From Massalongia carnosa (taxonomy: Eukaryota), in contig OZ287070.1 in NCBI GenBank assembly GCA_965645245.1, forward strand, positions 868,001-932,000: DNA of 64,000 bases, given 5' to 3'. Below, piece after piece: positions 47,501 through 59,975 of this stretch. Numbering within the stretch: the stretch's first letter is position 1; each line of letters starts with the position of its first letter. Position numbers and translations under genes: made by a program. Below the pieces are notes generated by a model. That model did not search any database. It had not been told where the DNA came from and saw only the letters and a list, made by a program, of their open reading frames with translations.

Positions 47501-48728
47501 GTAAATGATCTCGTATATCCATCCGAAAAGGTGGAGAACTATATAAAGGAGTTTCTCCATCGACAGTAGCTTCTGGCTGATTATGTAGTACGGCATTGCT
47601 GAACTACCAGACAGGTTAGATATGAAAGCGCCATAGCGGAGGCAGGTCCACTTACAGAACTTGTCGAGAATAACCTCCTGCCGTTATCGTAACTTGAGAG
47701 GAAAAGCTTACGGCTCGCATATATCTCAAGTAACTGATACGTCGAACGCTTCTCATCCTTGATGTCAAAAGCTGGTCTTCGCTCAGGGTGCTTTGCCTGC
47801 AGATGTTGTGTCCCCAAACTTGTTAGACTTGAGCTTCTGGTCTTCGGGTTTGAAAGGTTTAAGGCCTCTTCAAGCAAGATTTTTAGATGAACAGCGAGAT
47901 CGGGCGTTGATGTTAGACTTTTCTGTGTTTCGATTGAAAGTGAGGATTCAGGGGTGTTTGCTTCCGCTTGTGCATCATCCCAAAGGCGCGCCAAAATGGC
48001 CAAAGGCGATCTAGGGTCATCACGCGAGTTTACGTGCTCTGTATCGCTAAGAAGACGCTCCTCACCACGATTTCTTGCTGACAGCTTGTGCAAGTCGCCA
48101 TTGTTGATTTGCTCAATTACTCCACGAATCGTCTCCCTCACGGCATCAGGGCTAAGCTTCCCTTGCAGGTTTTTTATGGCCGCTTTTGATAAAAAACCAA
48201 CTAGGTTATTAATAACCTCGGGGCTTATGTAGAGCGAAGGTAACACAAAGCGTTGCTCCGCTGTATATGGCATAAAATTTCCGCAGTTTCGATTTCTGGT
48301 CGCTGGAAGAAAATTCTGTTTCATATTCATACCGTTTAGTTAAATAAACGATCAATCCAAAGCTGTATTGGAGGAGTGGTACTGACAATATGCCGTAGAG
48401 CCTGCCGACCCGTTTTACGGAAAGTAGGTGGTGTAAGGACTGTACGAAAAGAACGGTGGAATGGAGTAGTTCTGATCTTAACATTCTCAGAAAAGCATTC
48501 ATTTCTCCCCTTCAACGGTTTCTCCTTTGTATTTGAAGTGGTAGTTGTTTTTACACCTCGACCTGTTCGCACAGCCGATGGTTCGCTAGCAAGTGGCGGT
48601 TCAGTTGAACATCTTCTTAAACGGGGTGGTTTCCCTCCTAATCGATTGTCGAAAAGGGCGCAGCGCCAGCAGGCCCCGTTTGCCGAGGCGAAGTCCAAAG
48701 CATTTTGGAGACGTCGTCGCGCTACCAT
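44546..48728 (-). CDS. cyt-4: Mitochondrial RNase II/RNB exoribonuclease (CYT-4/Dss1-like), 4 exons
   Basis: RNB motifs CIDSSEAYEIDDGVS, HIHVANP, SVYFPE and VTSPLRRFTDLMAHWQI. N-terminal ACWRC, IRDHLRVWQ and FLRPGDVVEL. Introns about 48387-48316, 47656-47607 and 47251-47196; start inferred. Confidence 0.85.
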
Positions 48729-49203
48729 CCCGGTGAGAGAAAAAGCCTGTGATAGTGAAACTACCGTCACAAGATTTGATAAGGAGCGGCCCCGGAGGGG
48801 TTTGGGGTCGACGATAGAGGAAGCTCTGAGGTTTTGGGGAAATTGGTTTTCTCCAATCCAAAGCTGCCTAGCGCCCGTACTCCGAGGCAAGTCCTGAACC
48901 CTTTCACCTCTTCCAAAGCCTCCAAAGCATCCCTCTTGTACGCGTAAGTAAGTAAAATCTCTTCTTCTTTTCCTTTCCCCGAAGCTACCGAGTACAAAAA
49001 ATGATGACCAGTACTGAGAATAAAAGCATGTATTACCCGAAAGAGCAAAAATGTGGCTCCTCCGCGAAAACATCTACCTTCTGACCAAATCTACAATCTT
49101 AGCATCTTCAAACTTGTCGTCACTTTAAAGCAAATTCTCCCACTAATCGCATTGTTTTCTCTAGATCTTCCCTATCCCTGATCGTTTTCCGAAGATTTCA
49201 GAT

Positions 49204-49500
49204 ATGCCTCCAGCGGGACATTTCCGCATTTTGTACTTTGCGTCCGCCGCAAGCTTCACGCGAAAAACGTCCGAGGACTTCCCATCTCCTCTGCCGGTGA
49301 CGGCGCTGTTCCGTCTGCTCGAGTCTAAATATCCTGGCATTTACAAGAAAGTGCTATGTAGCTGCGCCGTAGCGGTAAACCAAGACTACGTGGAGGTGGA
49401 GGAAGAGCAGAGGTCGTGGGCGTCGGGAGATCAACCACAACCGGTGGTGATTAGCGAAGGCGATGAGGTCGCCGTTATTCCTCCAGTTAGTTCGGGATGA
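49204..49500 (+). CDS. cnxG: Molybdopterin synthase sulfur-carrier subunit (MOCS2A/MoaD)
   Basis: ILYFASA..AVAVNQDYV..GDEVAVIPPVSSG, the MoaD/ThiS beta-grasp pattern. Confidence 0.9.
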   Translation: MPPAGHFRILYFASAASFTRKTSEDFPSPLPVTALFRLLESKYPGIYKKVLCSCAVAVNQDYVEVEEEQRSWASGDQPQPVVISEGDEVAVIPPVSSG

Positions 49501-50130
49501 TTGTTTCGTGCCAGCTTCTACAAGCATTTTGAAAAATCCGCTTGGAAAGGCGAGGGATCAAGGTATGCTCGGAATCTCCGGAGCAGCCTCCAAACTTATG
49601 ATAGAGGAGTTTAAAAAACTCTTTTGAGGTTAGGTAGCCTACCAATCTCTTCAGATCGATCGATCTTCCAGTAAAATAACTATCAAACCTCCATCGAAAT
49701 GGGTCCGTTAATAGATCATCCGACAGGGACTTCAAGCTTCCCCTTGGCATATCTTTGTATTAAATCCCAACAAAATTTTCGCTGACAAAATTGAATCTAA
49801 ACAGCTTCCCTATTGGTCCCAACTCGCTCTTTCGCTCCCTTTTTGCTTTATATGTGTAATACTTTAGTATACATAACTACCCAATTAAAATATGTCATTT
49901 AATGCGAAGTATTTACGCCTGAGGGGTTGGACCGCTAAAAGGATGGCATGGCTCAGTATCGGGTGTTGTTTTTGAGGGGTTTGATGTGGTCGGAGTGGTA
50001 TTCATCATCAGCAACAAACAGCCTCGAGGCAAAGCAATTAGTGCTATAATCTAATTACCTAGCACATCATTGCCTCCCAACCCTTCCACCTCAAACCTCC
50101 CCTCGCCACCCCTCAGACTTCGCGCACAAA

Positions 50131-52071
50131 TCACTCAACCTCCAAACCCCGATACCCACCACCTACCTGTTCCAATGCCTCCTCCACCCTCCGCATAAAA
50201 CCTAACACCTTCTCCTCCTGCAACCGCTGCCCAACAACCTGCACCCCTACCGGAAGCCCATGCATTGCATCCGGGTCGTAAAACTTATACACCCCCCTCG
50301 CCACACCGTTGAGATCTTTGATTCGAAAGTCGTGGGGAAGTTTGTCGAGAGTGCGATCAACATGTGTTACAGGAAGAACGCCACTGGTGTAGTCAAGCTT
50401 CCGGAAGTTAGTAGATCTAAATATAATCTTAAGGATAGCCTAAGATGAAAATAATGATAAATTAAGATAGCAGTTAAACTCACCAGGTTAAACAAGAATG
50501 TATAACCACAGCTACTTACAGCATCCTTCATTGCTCCATGTGGCAAAGCTGGCGAGGCGTGTGGCGGCGTCACTAAGAAGTCTACTTGGCCCTCCTCTTG
50601 CCACCATGTATGCCATTCCGCCCTATATGCTTCTCGTCTCGCCACAAGCTCCCACTGCCTCCTTGCACTCCTTGCATGAAAGCTCTTAAGTAGACCTGCC
50701 CAAATGCTATCGCGCCGAACATACTTCACCCATAGGTAATAGAGATATTTGAGCGGGCGGGGGAAGCGCATATAAGCGTCTAGCTGTTCCATGCCGGGAT
50801 CGTCCGTTTCACCGGTGCGGTAGAAAGAGCGTAGGGTCTGCAAGCCGTCGGCGTTTAGGAGAATAGAGGCGATTTGAAGGGCGCGGTATGGTGAAGGCGG
50901 ATTTATGTCTAAGACTTCGTGGCCTAATGTTCGAAGTGCGGAGACAACAGATGTAAGAGCTCGGGTACAGGCAGGGGAGGGATCAATCACGCCTGCGGTG
51001 GTTAGTCTAAAGCAGATCGAGAACCGGCCCTATGGATTTACCGTCTGTCCTCAAGACACCGATTTTGAGAGTTTTCTTTTCCTGTGTCTCCAGCTCTTGG
51101 TCTGCCCGCCAAGGGAGTGGATGCACTGTGTGATCATACTCCCATGCCTTCATTGTGAGAATGCTTTTCGAGAAATATGTCAAATCCCCTAGAGTTCTTG
51201 CCATGGGGCTGAACACAGCAGCTACGCCCTCTTGACCCGGCATACTTGTATTTGCCCCCATCTTTGGCCATCGCCCCGTCGAACATCGCAGGGCATATAT
51301 TCCGCTGAAGTGCGCCGGTATGCGCACTGAGCCTGCCACATCGGAACCGACTCCAATTCTCCCACCACCAAGGGCTAAAAGGGCGCCTTCACCCCCCGTA
51401 GAGCCGCCGGGGGAATATTTGGCGTTGTGGGGGTTAGTGCATCGGCCCCAGAGTTCATTGGTTGACTCAAAAGAAAGGAGTGAAATGGGGAGATTGGTTT
51501 TCACGTATGGGATTGCTCCTAGATACTTCAATTAGGGTTGGTTGGTACTTCTTATGGTTCATGAAGGAGCTCTAACCCGCATCTTTGAGAATCCTCACCA
51601 TAGCACCATCTTCGTTAAATGGTTTGCCGGATTTCGAAGAATATCCCACACTTGAATCAAAACCCCCCACCGCAATCGAATCCTTTAATGATACGGGTAT
51701 CCCAGCCAAAGGGCCTTTCAAATTAATGGCCGTTTCGGCCCATTGCCCAGCCTCTGGCAGCATGACCTCTGTGAGACAATTAGTTTTCTCGTGCGCCTTG
51801 ATTGCCATTTTGCCATATGTTCTAAGAATATCGGTGGGTTTCAGTAATCCCTTATGTACATCTTGGGCAAGCTCTTCAATTGACTTATCCAGGATATTCC
51901 TCTCTTGGGATGCGATGGGTCCCTGGTAACTGAGGGGGAGGTTCCTAATTCTCGCAGCGCGTTCGAGCTGCTTGCGCTGGCTGTTAGATGTGTTAGCATT
52001 TCATCGACACACTCAAAGTTTTATACTGACCATGCTTGACGATGCTCAAAATAGTCGAATGGCGGCAGCAT
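50131..52071 (-). CDS. Amidase-signature family enzyme (acetamidase/FAAH-like), multi-exon
   Basis: GPLAGIPVSLKD, YSPGGSTGGEGAL, GVGSDVAGSVRIPA and GLPVGVQVVG. Start MLPPFDYFEHRQAC inferred by splicing. Confidence 0.92.
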
Positions 52072-53005
52072 CGCGCAAATTCCAAAGTCATTATGGGGTT
52101 TCGCTCTAAAAGAAGAGATACGACGACTAGGTTAGATCCAACTCCGCATCTAGCCGACGTGCCGACCAACGTGCAGCGGCACCCCTTAAATTACCCTCGT
52201 ATGATGGTTTCTCCGTTCTTTTTCTTCCCCACTAACGCGTATCAGAAAAACTTGATTCATGGCTAACGCCATCATGCCTGTAATGCCTGTCCAGTCTTGG
52301 TTAAGGAGTATCTATTAATTGATGCTTCATCATCTTGACTAGATCCAATTGAAATGGGTATCAATGATGTTCGCCATCTACTGAGAATGACCGGATGTAA
52401 ACGAAGACAATCCGGCTACGGGAGGCTGGTGCCATATCCGATCGAGTCTGGAGGTGTACGATGACGAAAATACATGACGATTTCATCTGCCGCAGGCTAA
52501 GTTTCTTCCACAAGACGGGCTAGGAGTGTTTATGCACTCACTGGCTGATGGTAGAAATGGTGAGGTTTGTAAGCGCTGGCCTCGGTATGATCTGGCAGAG
52601 CCGCATCTTAGTCTTTGTGCCACTATTGGACGAGACAGCTTCACCTCTGAAATCAACGAAACTCCTAATTAAGGAACCATGACATTCTTAGCATAAAATT
52701 TGAAACTACTGATTCACGGTGATGGCTAGGAATGTCAAAGCACATTAGTACTTAAGGGAGGTAAGTATCCTCACGTTGAATTCCATCCGCAGCATAGACA
52801 CAGACTTTCCTGATAATCTGATCACTATTTCCTTATCTGTTTACTTGAAGCAGTGGTTTCCTTACAACATTCGTTGCAGTTTTTCTTCTTCACCTCCACG
52901 ACAGTAGCAGCCTGTCAACCAGCTCTTTCTTTTAAGGCATAAATCTCTACCTATCATACCATTTCGTCCCAAAAGCATATATTTCTTCTACTTATCAAAC
53001 TCACA

Positions 53006-53688
53006 ATGGCTGGACCGGACTATGGAGCGATTGGTGGGACTTTCAAGATTGTCAGGATTCTACAAGCAATATCACTCATCAGCATAATCGGCATGACCGC
53101 GGTTTTCATATCCGATATGGTTTCGAACAATAATGTACCGTCCGATGTTCTTGTTGGCACGTTGAGTGTAGTAAGTTTTTCCTAAGCTTTCCGCGTTTCT
53201 CATCTGACATCTCAATCCAGACTTGTATAGCCGTAATCTATTGCGTAATCACTTTCATCCTATTCTTCGACAATGTCCTTCCCTTCCTAATCACCACCGG
53301 CATGGATGGCACGCTGCTCATCGCTCTCATTGTGGTTGCGGTCTTTGTGGGCAAGCCACTCTCCTACGTGAATTGCCAGATTATTGGTACATCCAGCGTT
53401 GCTGATTCCGCCCATCAACTCAGCATTGAACTTCAAGAAAGTTTCGAACATCCAGGAGGGAAAGTGATTTATAGCAACTGGATCGGGGCGACCAAGTCCA
53501 CCTGCCTAGAGATGAAAGCCATCTGGGGACTGAGCATTGCACTATGGTAAACTTCATCCCAAAAAGTATCATTTTTGCGGAGCAATAGCTAAGAGTTGGT
53601 TAGCATCCTTTTTCTTTTTTCCGCCATTTGCAGCGCATGCCTCTGGCGGCGTAGCACAGCCGTGGCTCCCAAGGAGGTGGAAGCTTGA
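53006..53688 (+). CDS. Small 4-TM MARVEL-like membrane protein, 3 exons
   Basis: Spliced product MAGPDYGAIGGTFKIVRILQAISLISIIGMT..GKPLSYVNC..CLEMKAIWGLSIALCILF..; four hydrophobic helices. Confidence 0.78.
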
Positions 53689-54239
53689 TCCTTTCGGCGG
53701 GCTGCACACCATTGAAGGCGGTGTACGGAGTACAAGTTGGTAACACGCAGGCATGGGAGCTAGCGCAGGCGCAGCTAAAGACATTGGGGGTTTGGAGGAA
53801 GTTTCGCGCAAGGTTCTTAATGGGTGGCGTTAGAGGATGATCGTCATAGAGCATCGAAAACTAGATTAATGCATGAACGAATCCCATTGCCCTAGTCTTT
53901 CTGCCAACGGTTCAAGTTGATTTGCCCACGTTGCATGCATGACCCGAAAACCCTAGTGCTCGGGCTCGGACTCGATCTGATGTAGTCAGTTGAAGAAGGT
54001 GGGCATCGTTGTGCGTGGTGGCCGATGCAATTCCCATTTGCAGAAGCTTCGTGGTGGGGGTGAACCCTGCGAGCGGAGTGGTGGAAGAGAACATGTGAGC
54101 ACGTAGCCAATGAATTCCTAGGATCGTTATTGTTGCTGTGGATTTTGGATCTTATCCTATTAGATTCATCTCGCGATTGCAAGCTTACTTAGATGACGAT
54201 GTGGTCCATTTTGGAAGTAGGTACTCTGTTTTGAAGATT

Positions 54240-54433
54240 CCTCGGCAGGCCCAAGGGAATGGTTCGAGGGTGTGTGATCAGCCGTTTGTTCATCATTCAG
54301 GCCCAGAGTTGTGGTAGGTGGAAACGCCCCAGGGCTCGCGCCGAGTAGGGTAGCGTGCCGAAAGCCCGGGGCTTTGGGCCCATTAAGGTTTTCCGTATCT
54401 TCACGGCAAATGATCCCAGTATTCGGCCGAAGG
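54240..54433 (+). ncRNA. Candidate structured RNA element, unassigned
   Basis: Nested complementary segments with G-U pairs and a GAAA tetraloop in intergenic DNA; hand-folded only. Confidence 0.35.
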
Positions 54434-54688
54434 TGGTGGGGTTTTCTGGGGTTTAGGGTTTAGGGTTTGTCTTGGTGGGTCCTTTCCTGGTACTCTGTAC
54501 TTGGTATGAGCTCGCGTCTTTGGCCACTCCACTAGACTTTCCCCTCACCCGCCTCAACTTCTAAACTAAGTTTAACGTGAAAAATTATCCAACCATCGAG
54601 TCACAAAGCGCTTCCCTATCGGCTTCGGCTCCGTAACTGACCCGATCCCTTTTGTTCCTTGCGAGAGCGCGAGAGACTAGGAATCCCA

Positions 54689-54712
54689 AGAGAGAGAGAG
54701 AGAGAGAGAGGA
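54689..54712. repeat. (GA)n microsatellite
   Basis: Read directly. Confidence 0.85.
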
Positions 54713-55037
54713 GGGAGACGAGAGAGGTGAAAAGATAGAAATTGCCATTAACTAGCACTCCCGTGGACTGCATAAGCTAAATCTAACTTAAGCTCTTCTA
54801 CTCCATGGAGTGTTTTTGCTTTTATGTCGTCCTAATTCCTCCTTATCCGCTTTTCTCTTCTCATCGTCTTGTATCCCCGCATTGAAGCTGCGGAGGGAGA
54901 GTGGTTGCGTCACTAATACTCAGCATCTTCAACCGCTCGAAAACGTATCGTCGCTTCAAGAGCAGATAGCTCTTCCCGTCCGCGCTGTCTAAATAAGGCA
55001 GGCATCACATCGCTAGAAGGAACGCCTGAGTATATGG

Positions 55038-56528
55038 ATGGCTTCTTGGCTCAATCAAATTCCAATCGTAAGATATCCTTTCAGACAAAGTAGATCGATC
55101 TCCCCCCAAAATGCCTATGACCTAAGATAACGTAGGACGACGAGTACGCGGACGATGGCAGCGATGGCAGCTCTATCTTCGGTGATGCATCGTAGGTCAA
55201 CCTCCCCCAAAAGGATAACCGACGTGCTGGGATAAGTACTTATGTTCTTCTAGTCGGAGATCTCTCATAACCTCCATCACTCAATATCGATATGAGAATG
55301 GCAGGAGGTACCATGCATACAGTATGTCTCAAGTACCAGGCACTGATCTATGAGTTAATCAAACTGATCAGTGCAGGAGATGGCCAGTACTGGGCGCCAA
55401 ATGATGCACAAGCTACTTCCATTGATTCCATCTCGTACGTCTACCTAGAGTGCTTCGTGCACTTTATCACTAACAAGCACCGCATGTTCCAGACACCACA
55501 TATTTCTTCTGACCCTGAACGACAAATTGTTTCTCGCACCGCTCAAGAATCCCAAGAGAGCCTTAGACATTGGCACCGGATCTGGAATCTGGGCTCTGTG
55601 AGGCCCTTGGATCAGTCAATCTTGTTTTTTTGGTTCTGATAACACGTCCTCTTTAGTGATTTTGCAGATCAGTTTCCTGCCACAGAGATTATTGGTAACT
55701 CTATAGTCTTCGATCTATTTTAGAAACCATGTACTGATGAAGTCTCAGCGACCGACCTTTCACGTATCCAACCCGACTTCGCTCCGCCCAATCTTCATTT
55801 CGAGATTGACGACTGCTGTAGTGAATGGGTCTATCCGAAGAATCATTTTGATTTTATTCACATCCGCCTGCTGTACGCCAGTGTAGCTGATTGGCCTGCT
55901 CTCTACCGCGAATGCTATGAGTAAGCTTTTATCTTTCTAGTTAAATTCATGCAACTGACATAGGATCTCTCAATAGTCACCTCGCTCCTGGGGGCTACAT
56001 CGAGCAATTGGAACTATCCCCCGTACCGAAGTCGGATGATGGTTCCATCGAGCCAGGGGACATGTGGGACGAATGTGGTAAATTAGCGATCGAATGTGGC
56101 GACCGGTTTGGCAAGACGTTCCAGATCCAGGAGAAGATGAAAGACCTTATCGTTCAAGCCGGATTTGTCGAGGTCGTAGAGATGAAATACAAGTGGCCTA
56201 TAGGCGCGTGGAGTAACGAACAGAAGATGAAAGATCTAGGGAAATGGAACATGCATCACTGGAACGAAGGGCTAGAAGGGTGGACTATGGCGTTGTTAAC
56301 AAGGGTTATGGGGGTCTGTGTTGTGAGAGCGTTGATCTAGGAGAGACTGCTAACGTTTTCAAGTGGTCATACGAAGAAGTCAAGGCATGGAACAACAAGA
56401 TGCGGGCCACGATGCGGGATCGTAGGTATCATGCCTATCAGGATTTGTACGTTGTCATCGATATTATATGAGTTTTCGAACGCTGACATATGAGTAGGGG
56501 CGTGGTCTACGCCCGGAAACCTTTCTAA
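55038..56528 (+). CDS. LaeA-like class I SAM-dependent methyltransferase, 10 exons
   Basis: Spliced YRYENGRRYHAY..YWAPND, ALDIGTGSGIWA, TDLSRIQP, FEIDD, FDFIHIR, LAPGGYIEQ, KWPIGAW and VYARKP*. Confidence 0.9.
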
Positions 56529-58654
56529 CCCTTTTCTGAACCGAACTTGGACACTCCATAAAGCTTTACCGTAGCTTGATCACTGGCAGATTGCTGGATT
56601 TCACCGCCTTCCCTCACGCCTTCCCGGTTCCAAACGCCCGAATTGTCGAGCTTGTCCGGCATCATAAAGTATCTTGTTTCGGCGTACCTATATTTAGAGG
56701 TCATGCTACCACGGCTCTACCATCACATAACTACTTTTGTTCTAGGTCTAGCGTCTAGCATTTTTGGGGTTGGTATATATCTCGGCACTGCTTCCTCATA
56801 GGTATTTTAGCCTAAAAATCATTCTCAACATCCACAAGTTGTACAATAAATTGCCTCCAGCTCGACTCTAACTGTTCCACTCCCACCTTGGAAACGTTCA
56901 TCTAAAGAATACCCTACTTCCAACCAATCCTAGTGAATTTCCTACCAAAACCCCTTAGACACGCCAAATCGTTATATAAATCCCTCATTATCTCCCAAGA
57001 ACCCTTTCCTCCTCCCAAAACTTTCACTCATTATACTCTTGTAGGTTAGGCACAACTTCTCCGGTCACTCGTTTACAGGCAGCACCTATCCTTCCAGCCC
57101 CCTCCCCACCTCACCTGATCCCCTACCTCTCCCAAACAACCCCCTGGAGAATCTGGCCCTAATGAGCAAAAAGAAAAATCTCCTGTTTCGTTGACCCTTG
57201 AACTTATTCCCCATACGTCCGTAGTTAATGAGAAAGGGGGGAAGGAGTCGTCGGATGCGTGCTTGGGAGACGGGAGGGAGGGAGGAGGGATAACTTTTGG
57301 TTTGTAACGTGTGGTGTGAGAAAAAAGAAAAACTCCTCTCTTTGTCCACTCCTTTCTCTTTTCCCATTTCCTATCCCTTTCCCCCCAACCCCTCATCTAG
57401 ATATCTACCTATATCCTAACCAAACGTTCTCCCAACCCTACTGCTTTTTTCCTGCTATTTCGAACCCGGTTGATAAGTACATATCTTTCCAATGTTCAGA
57501 TTTAGTTTTCGTTGCATCCTTTGGCGGAAGGGGTGAAAAAGCCGTGCAGGGTATTGTTACAAGTATTCCAAACTCTCTCTAAGAACGTTGCTCAGTCTAG
57601 CTAGCTAGCCAGCTCTCTACGATTAGTCTCCCCTCCTCGCTTCAGCCAGTAAGAAACTTTTAATTTTATCGTATCAATTCGAGCGGATTGAACCGAAAAG
57701 AAACGATTAGGGGAAGGGAGGGGGGAAGCAATGAAAGCCGCGTGGGCTCGCTGGTTTGCGATTGATGTTCTTTTTCTGTCTATCTATGATCTATCTAGCT
57801 AGATCCCCACCACAGTAGGGGCAAGGATGTGGAGGGGGGGCGAGGAGGCCTACTGACCGATTTGTGCCGTTCTAACAGTCGTGCCCCTAAGCGGTGGGAG
57901 CGGAGAATAATGTATATGAAAGTTCAGATCTTTGGGCTTGAAGAGGGAGAGAGCTGGAAAATAGGACGAGGATATAGATTGGAGATGGGAGGGTAAAGTT
58001 ACAGGAAGCACAGGGAGGTTGGGTTGAGACAATCGTGATAGATAGAACTAAATCGACGAAACACGATGGACTGAAGATATCCCATCCTAAAAGAAGAAAA
58101 CTGGAAAGCGGTTTCTCGTGCTGGGTAGTTCGCCCGTCCTACCAATTGTGTTTTCTCCTGTATTTTCGACAACCATTGCCAATCGCTTTCGCTCCATTGT
58201 TCCAGTCACGTTGTAGACCGAACAAAACACCACCAGGAAGCTCCGTGGGAAAAGACAAGCTCGATTAGTAACTAAGTGAACGCGAAAAGGTGTCCTCTGC
58301 CGTTGAAGCTATCATTAAGTATTTTATATCAGCAAAGATCGAGCATTGCACGTTCAAAGATTCATGAAGAAGCCCCGCGGAGCTCCAATTGGTGCTTTGA
58401 CCTGCCATCAAGTGATCGCAATGCATCTAGCCGCAATGCTAAGACTCGAGAAGGCCCAGACCGTTCCTTTCTCAGCATATATAGTGCACGAATGCCACTG
58501 CTCTCCAAACCCGTTAAAACTTCATCCATCAGGCTCTTTTCCAGCATCGTTTAATACACGCTTATCATTGCAGTTTCGCTCATCGGCCACAAAACCAGCA
58601 TATCATTCCCTTATCCTTGTCACTTAAAAAGGAAAAACCCCCCAAACAGCCAAA

Positions 58655-59228
58655 ATGACAACCTACAACGGGCACTGCCACTGCGGGCAAACCGAATGGA
58701 CTATCAAGCTCGACGAGCCGAATCATGTTCTCTGGTAACCCACCTCGTTTCCCTTCCCGTCCAACCAAAAGATCGAAACCCGACCACTAAACCAACATCC
58801 GCTGCACAGTCACTGCGACGCCTGCAAGCGCCTTGGCGGCGGTGGCTACACCCTTAATGCCGTAACCGACAAATCGAACCTGAAAATCACAAAGGGCAGT
58901 TTCAACACGTACACCTATCATGGTGATTCCGGTATAAAAACCTCCCCTTCCCCTTTTCTCTTCATTTTCTCTTTTCTAAACGTTCCCCCCTCCCCCCCTC
59001 CCCCCCAAAATAGGCAACGCAGTCCACTGCTCCTACTGCCCCACCTGCACCTCTCATGCCTTCCACCACCAAACCGTCATGGGCCCCGACAAGCTAGTCG
59101 TGCGCACCGTGTTTCTGGACGGCTATCGCGACTTCAAGGTGCCAGCCGAACTGTACGGTAAGGACCGATTGGCGTGGCAGAAGCCGGTGGAAGGGGCGAC
59201 GACGTTTGAGCAGGGGCCGCCTTCCTAA
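58655..59228 (+). CDS. GFA / CENP-V (Mss4-like) zinc protein, 3 exons; absent from the ORF track
   Basis: Spliced MTTYNGHCHCG..CHCDACKRLGG..GDSGNAVHCSYCPTCTS, the GFA Cys pattern. Confidence 0.88.
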
Positions 59229-59975
59229 AAGGGGCTGGGCGGGAGGAGACGGGGTGAAGAAGAGGGGTTTGTGAGGAAAGGGGTTTTGCGTTCGCTGACG
59301 GGGATCGGGCAAGGGTAGAGGGAGGGAAAGCGAGAATGAAGGGATGGGATCGACGAAAAGCATAATGAGATGCGAACTGACGAAATGAAGAACGAAAGCG
59401 ATGAGATTAACTTCTCCAACCACTCATTCAACAATACTTCATGCCAACGCTCGAATCTTCCTCTCAATTTGTGTTCCTCACCCCCTTCCCCCCTTTTCTT
59501 TCTTTCTTCCCTTCCTTCCATGATCTATACACTTTCGCAACAACCCCGTGAGATTGAGACCTAGAAACGCTAGACAAAAACCCCACGAGTGCTGCTATTT
59601 CTGGTTCAAATCCGACACATTCCTCGGCGAGAAAGAGGAGCATACTTAGGCTGTTAAAATCAAGGAAGCTAGCTCCCTAGGCGAGAAGTTGCAAATTCCT
59701 AGCTAGCATAAATCACTCTACTATCAGCTGCTCATTTAATCACTTGCCGAAACACGGAAGCCCTACCAGCGCCCCCTCCGGGATATTTCTTCGGTGGTAG
59801 AGAACGCTAATACCTAGATAGCTAAATACAGCAACAATATCCCATGGCCAAAGCTCTCCCTTCTCGGCATCATGTAGCAATTCCCGCAATCCCAAACGGA
59901 CTTCTGATTTCAAGTAGGCAAAAGAACCCCGCCCTTGCCAAAATTCTTTTTATTGACCCTTTACTCCCCCCGAAA

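Noticed and set aside
48376..48897. 173-aa + strand ORF antisense to CYT-4 exon 1
   Set aside because: Shadow ORF with no recognisable features.
49486..49500. MOCS2A ending SSG rather than GG
   Set aside because: To my knowledge PPVSSG is the usual ending in filamentous-fungal CnxG; the terminal Gly is retained.
54278..54296. Minus-strand ATGATGA...CTGA resembling snoRNA C and D' boxes
   Set aside because: No convincing terminal D box or identifiable rRNA guide, and G-U pairing favours the opposite strand.
54332..54381. Hammerhead- or HDV-like ribozyme reading of the structured element
   Set aside because: A three-stem fold with GAAA can be drawn, but the CUGANGA core is absent (CGCCGAGUAG) and the HDV L3/P1.1 consensus is not met.
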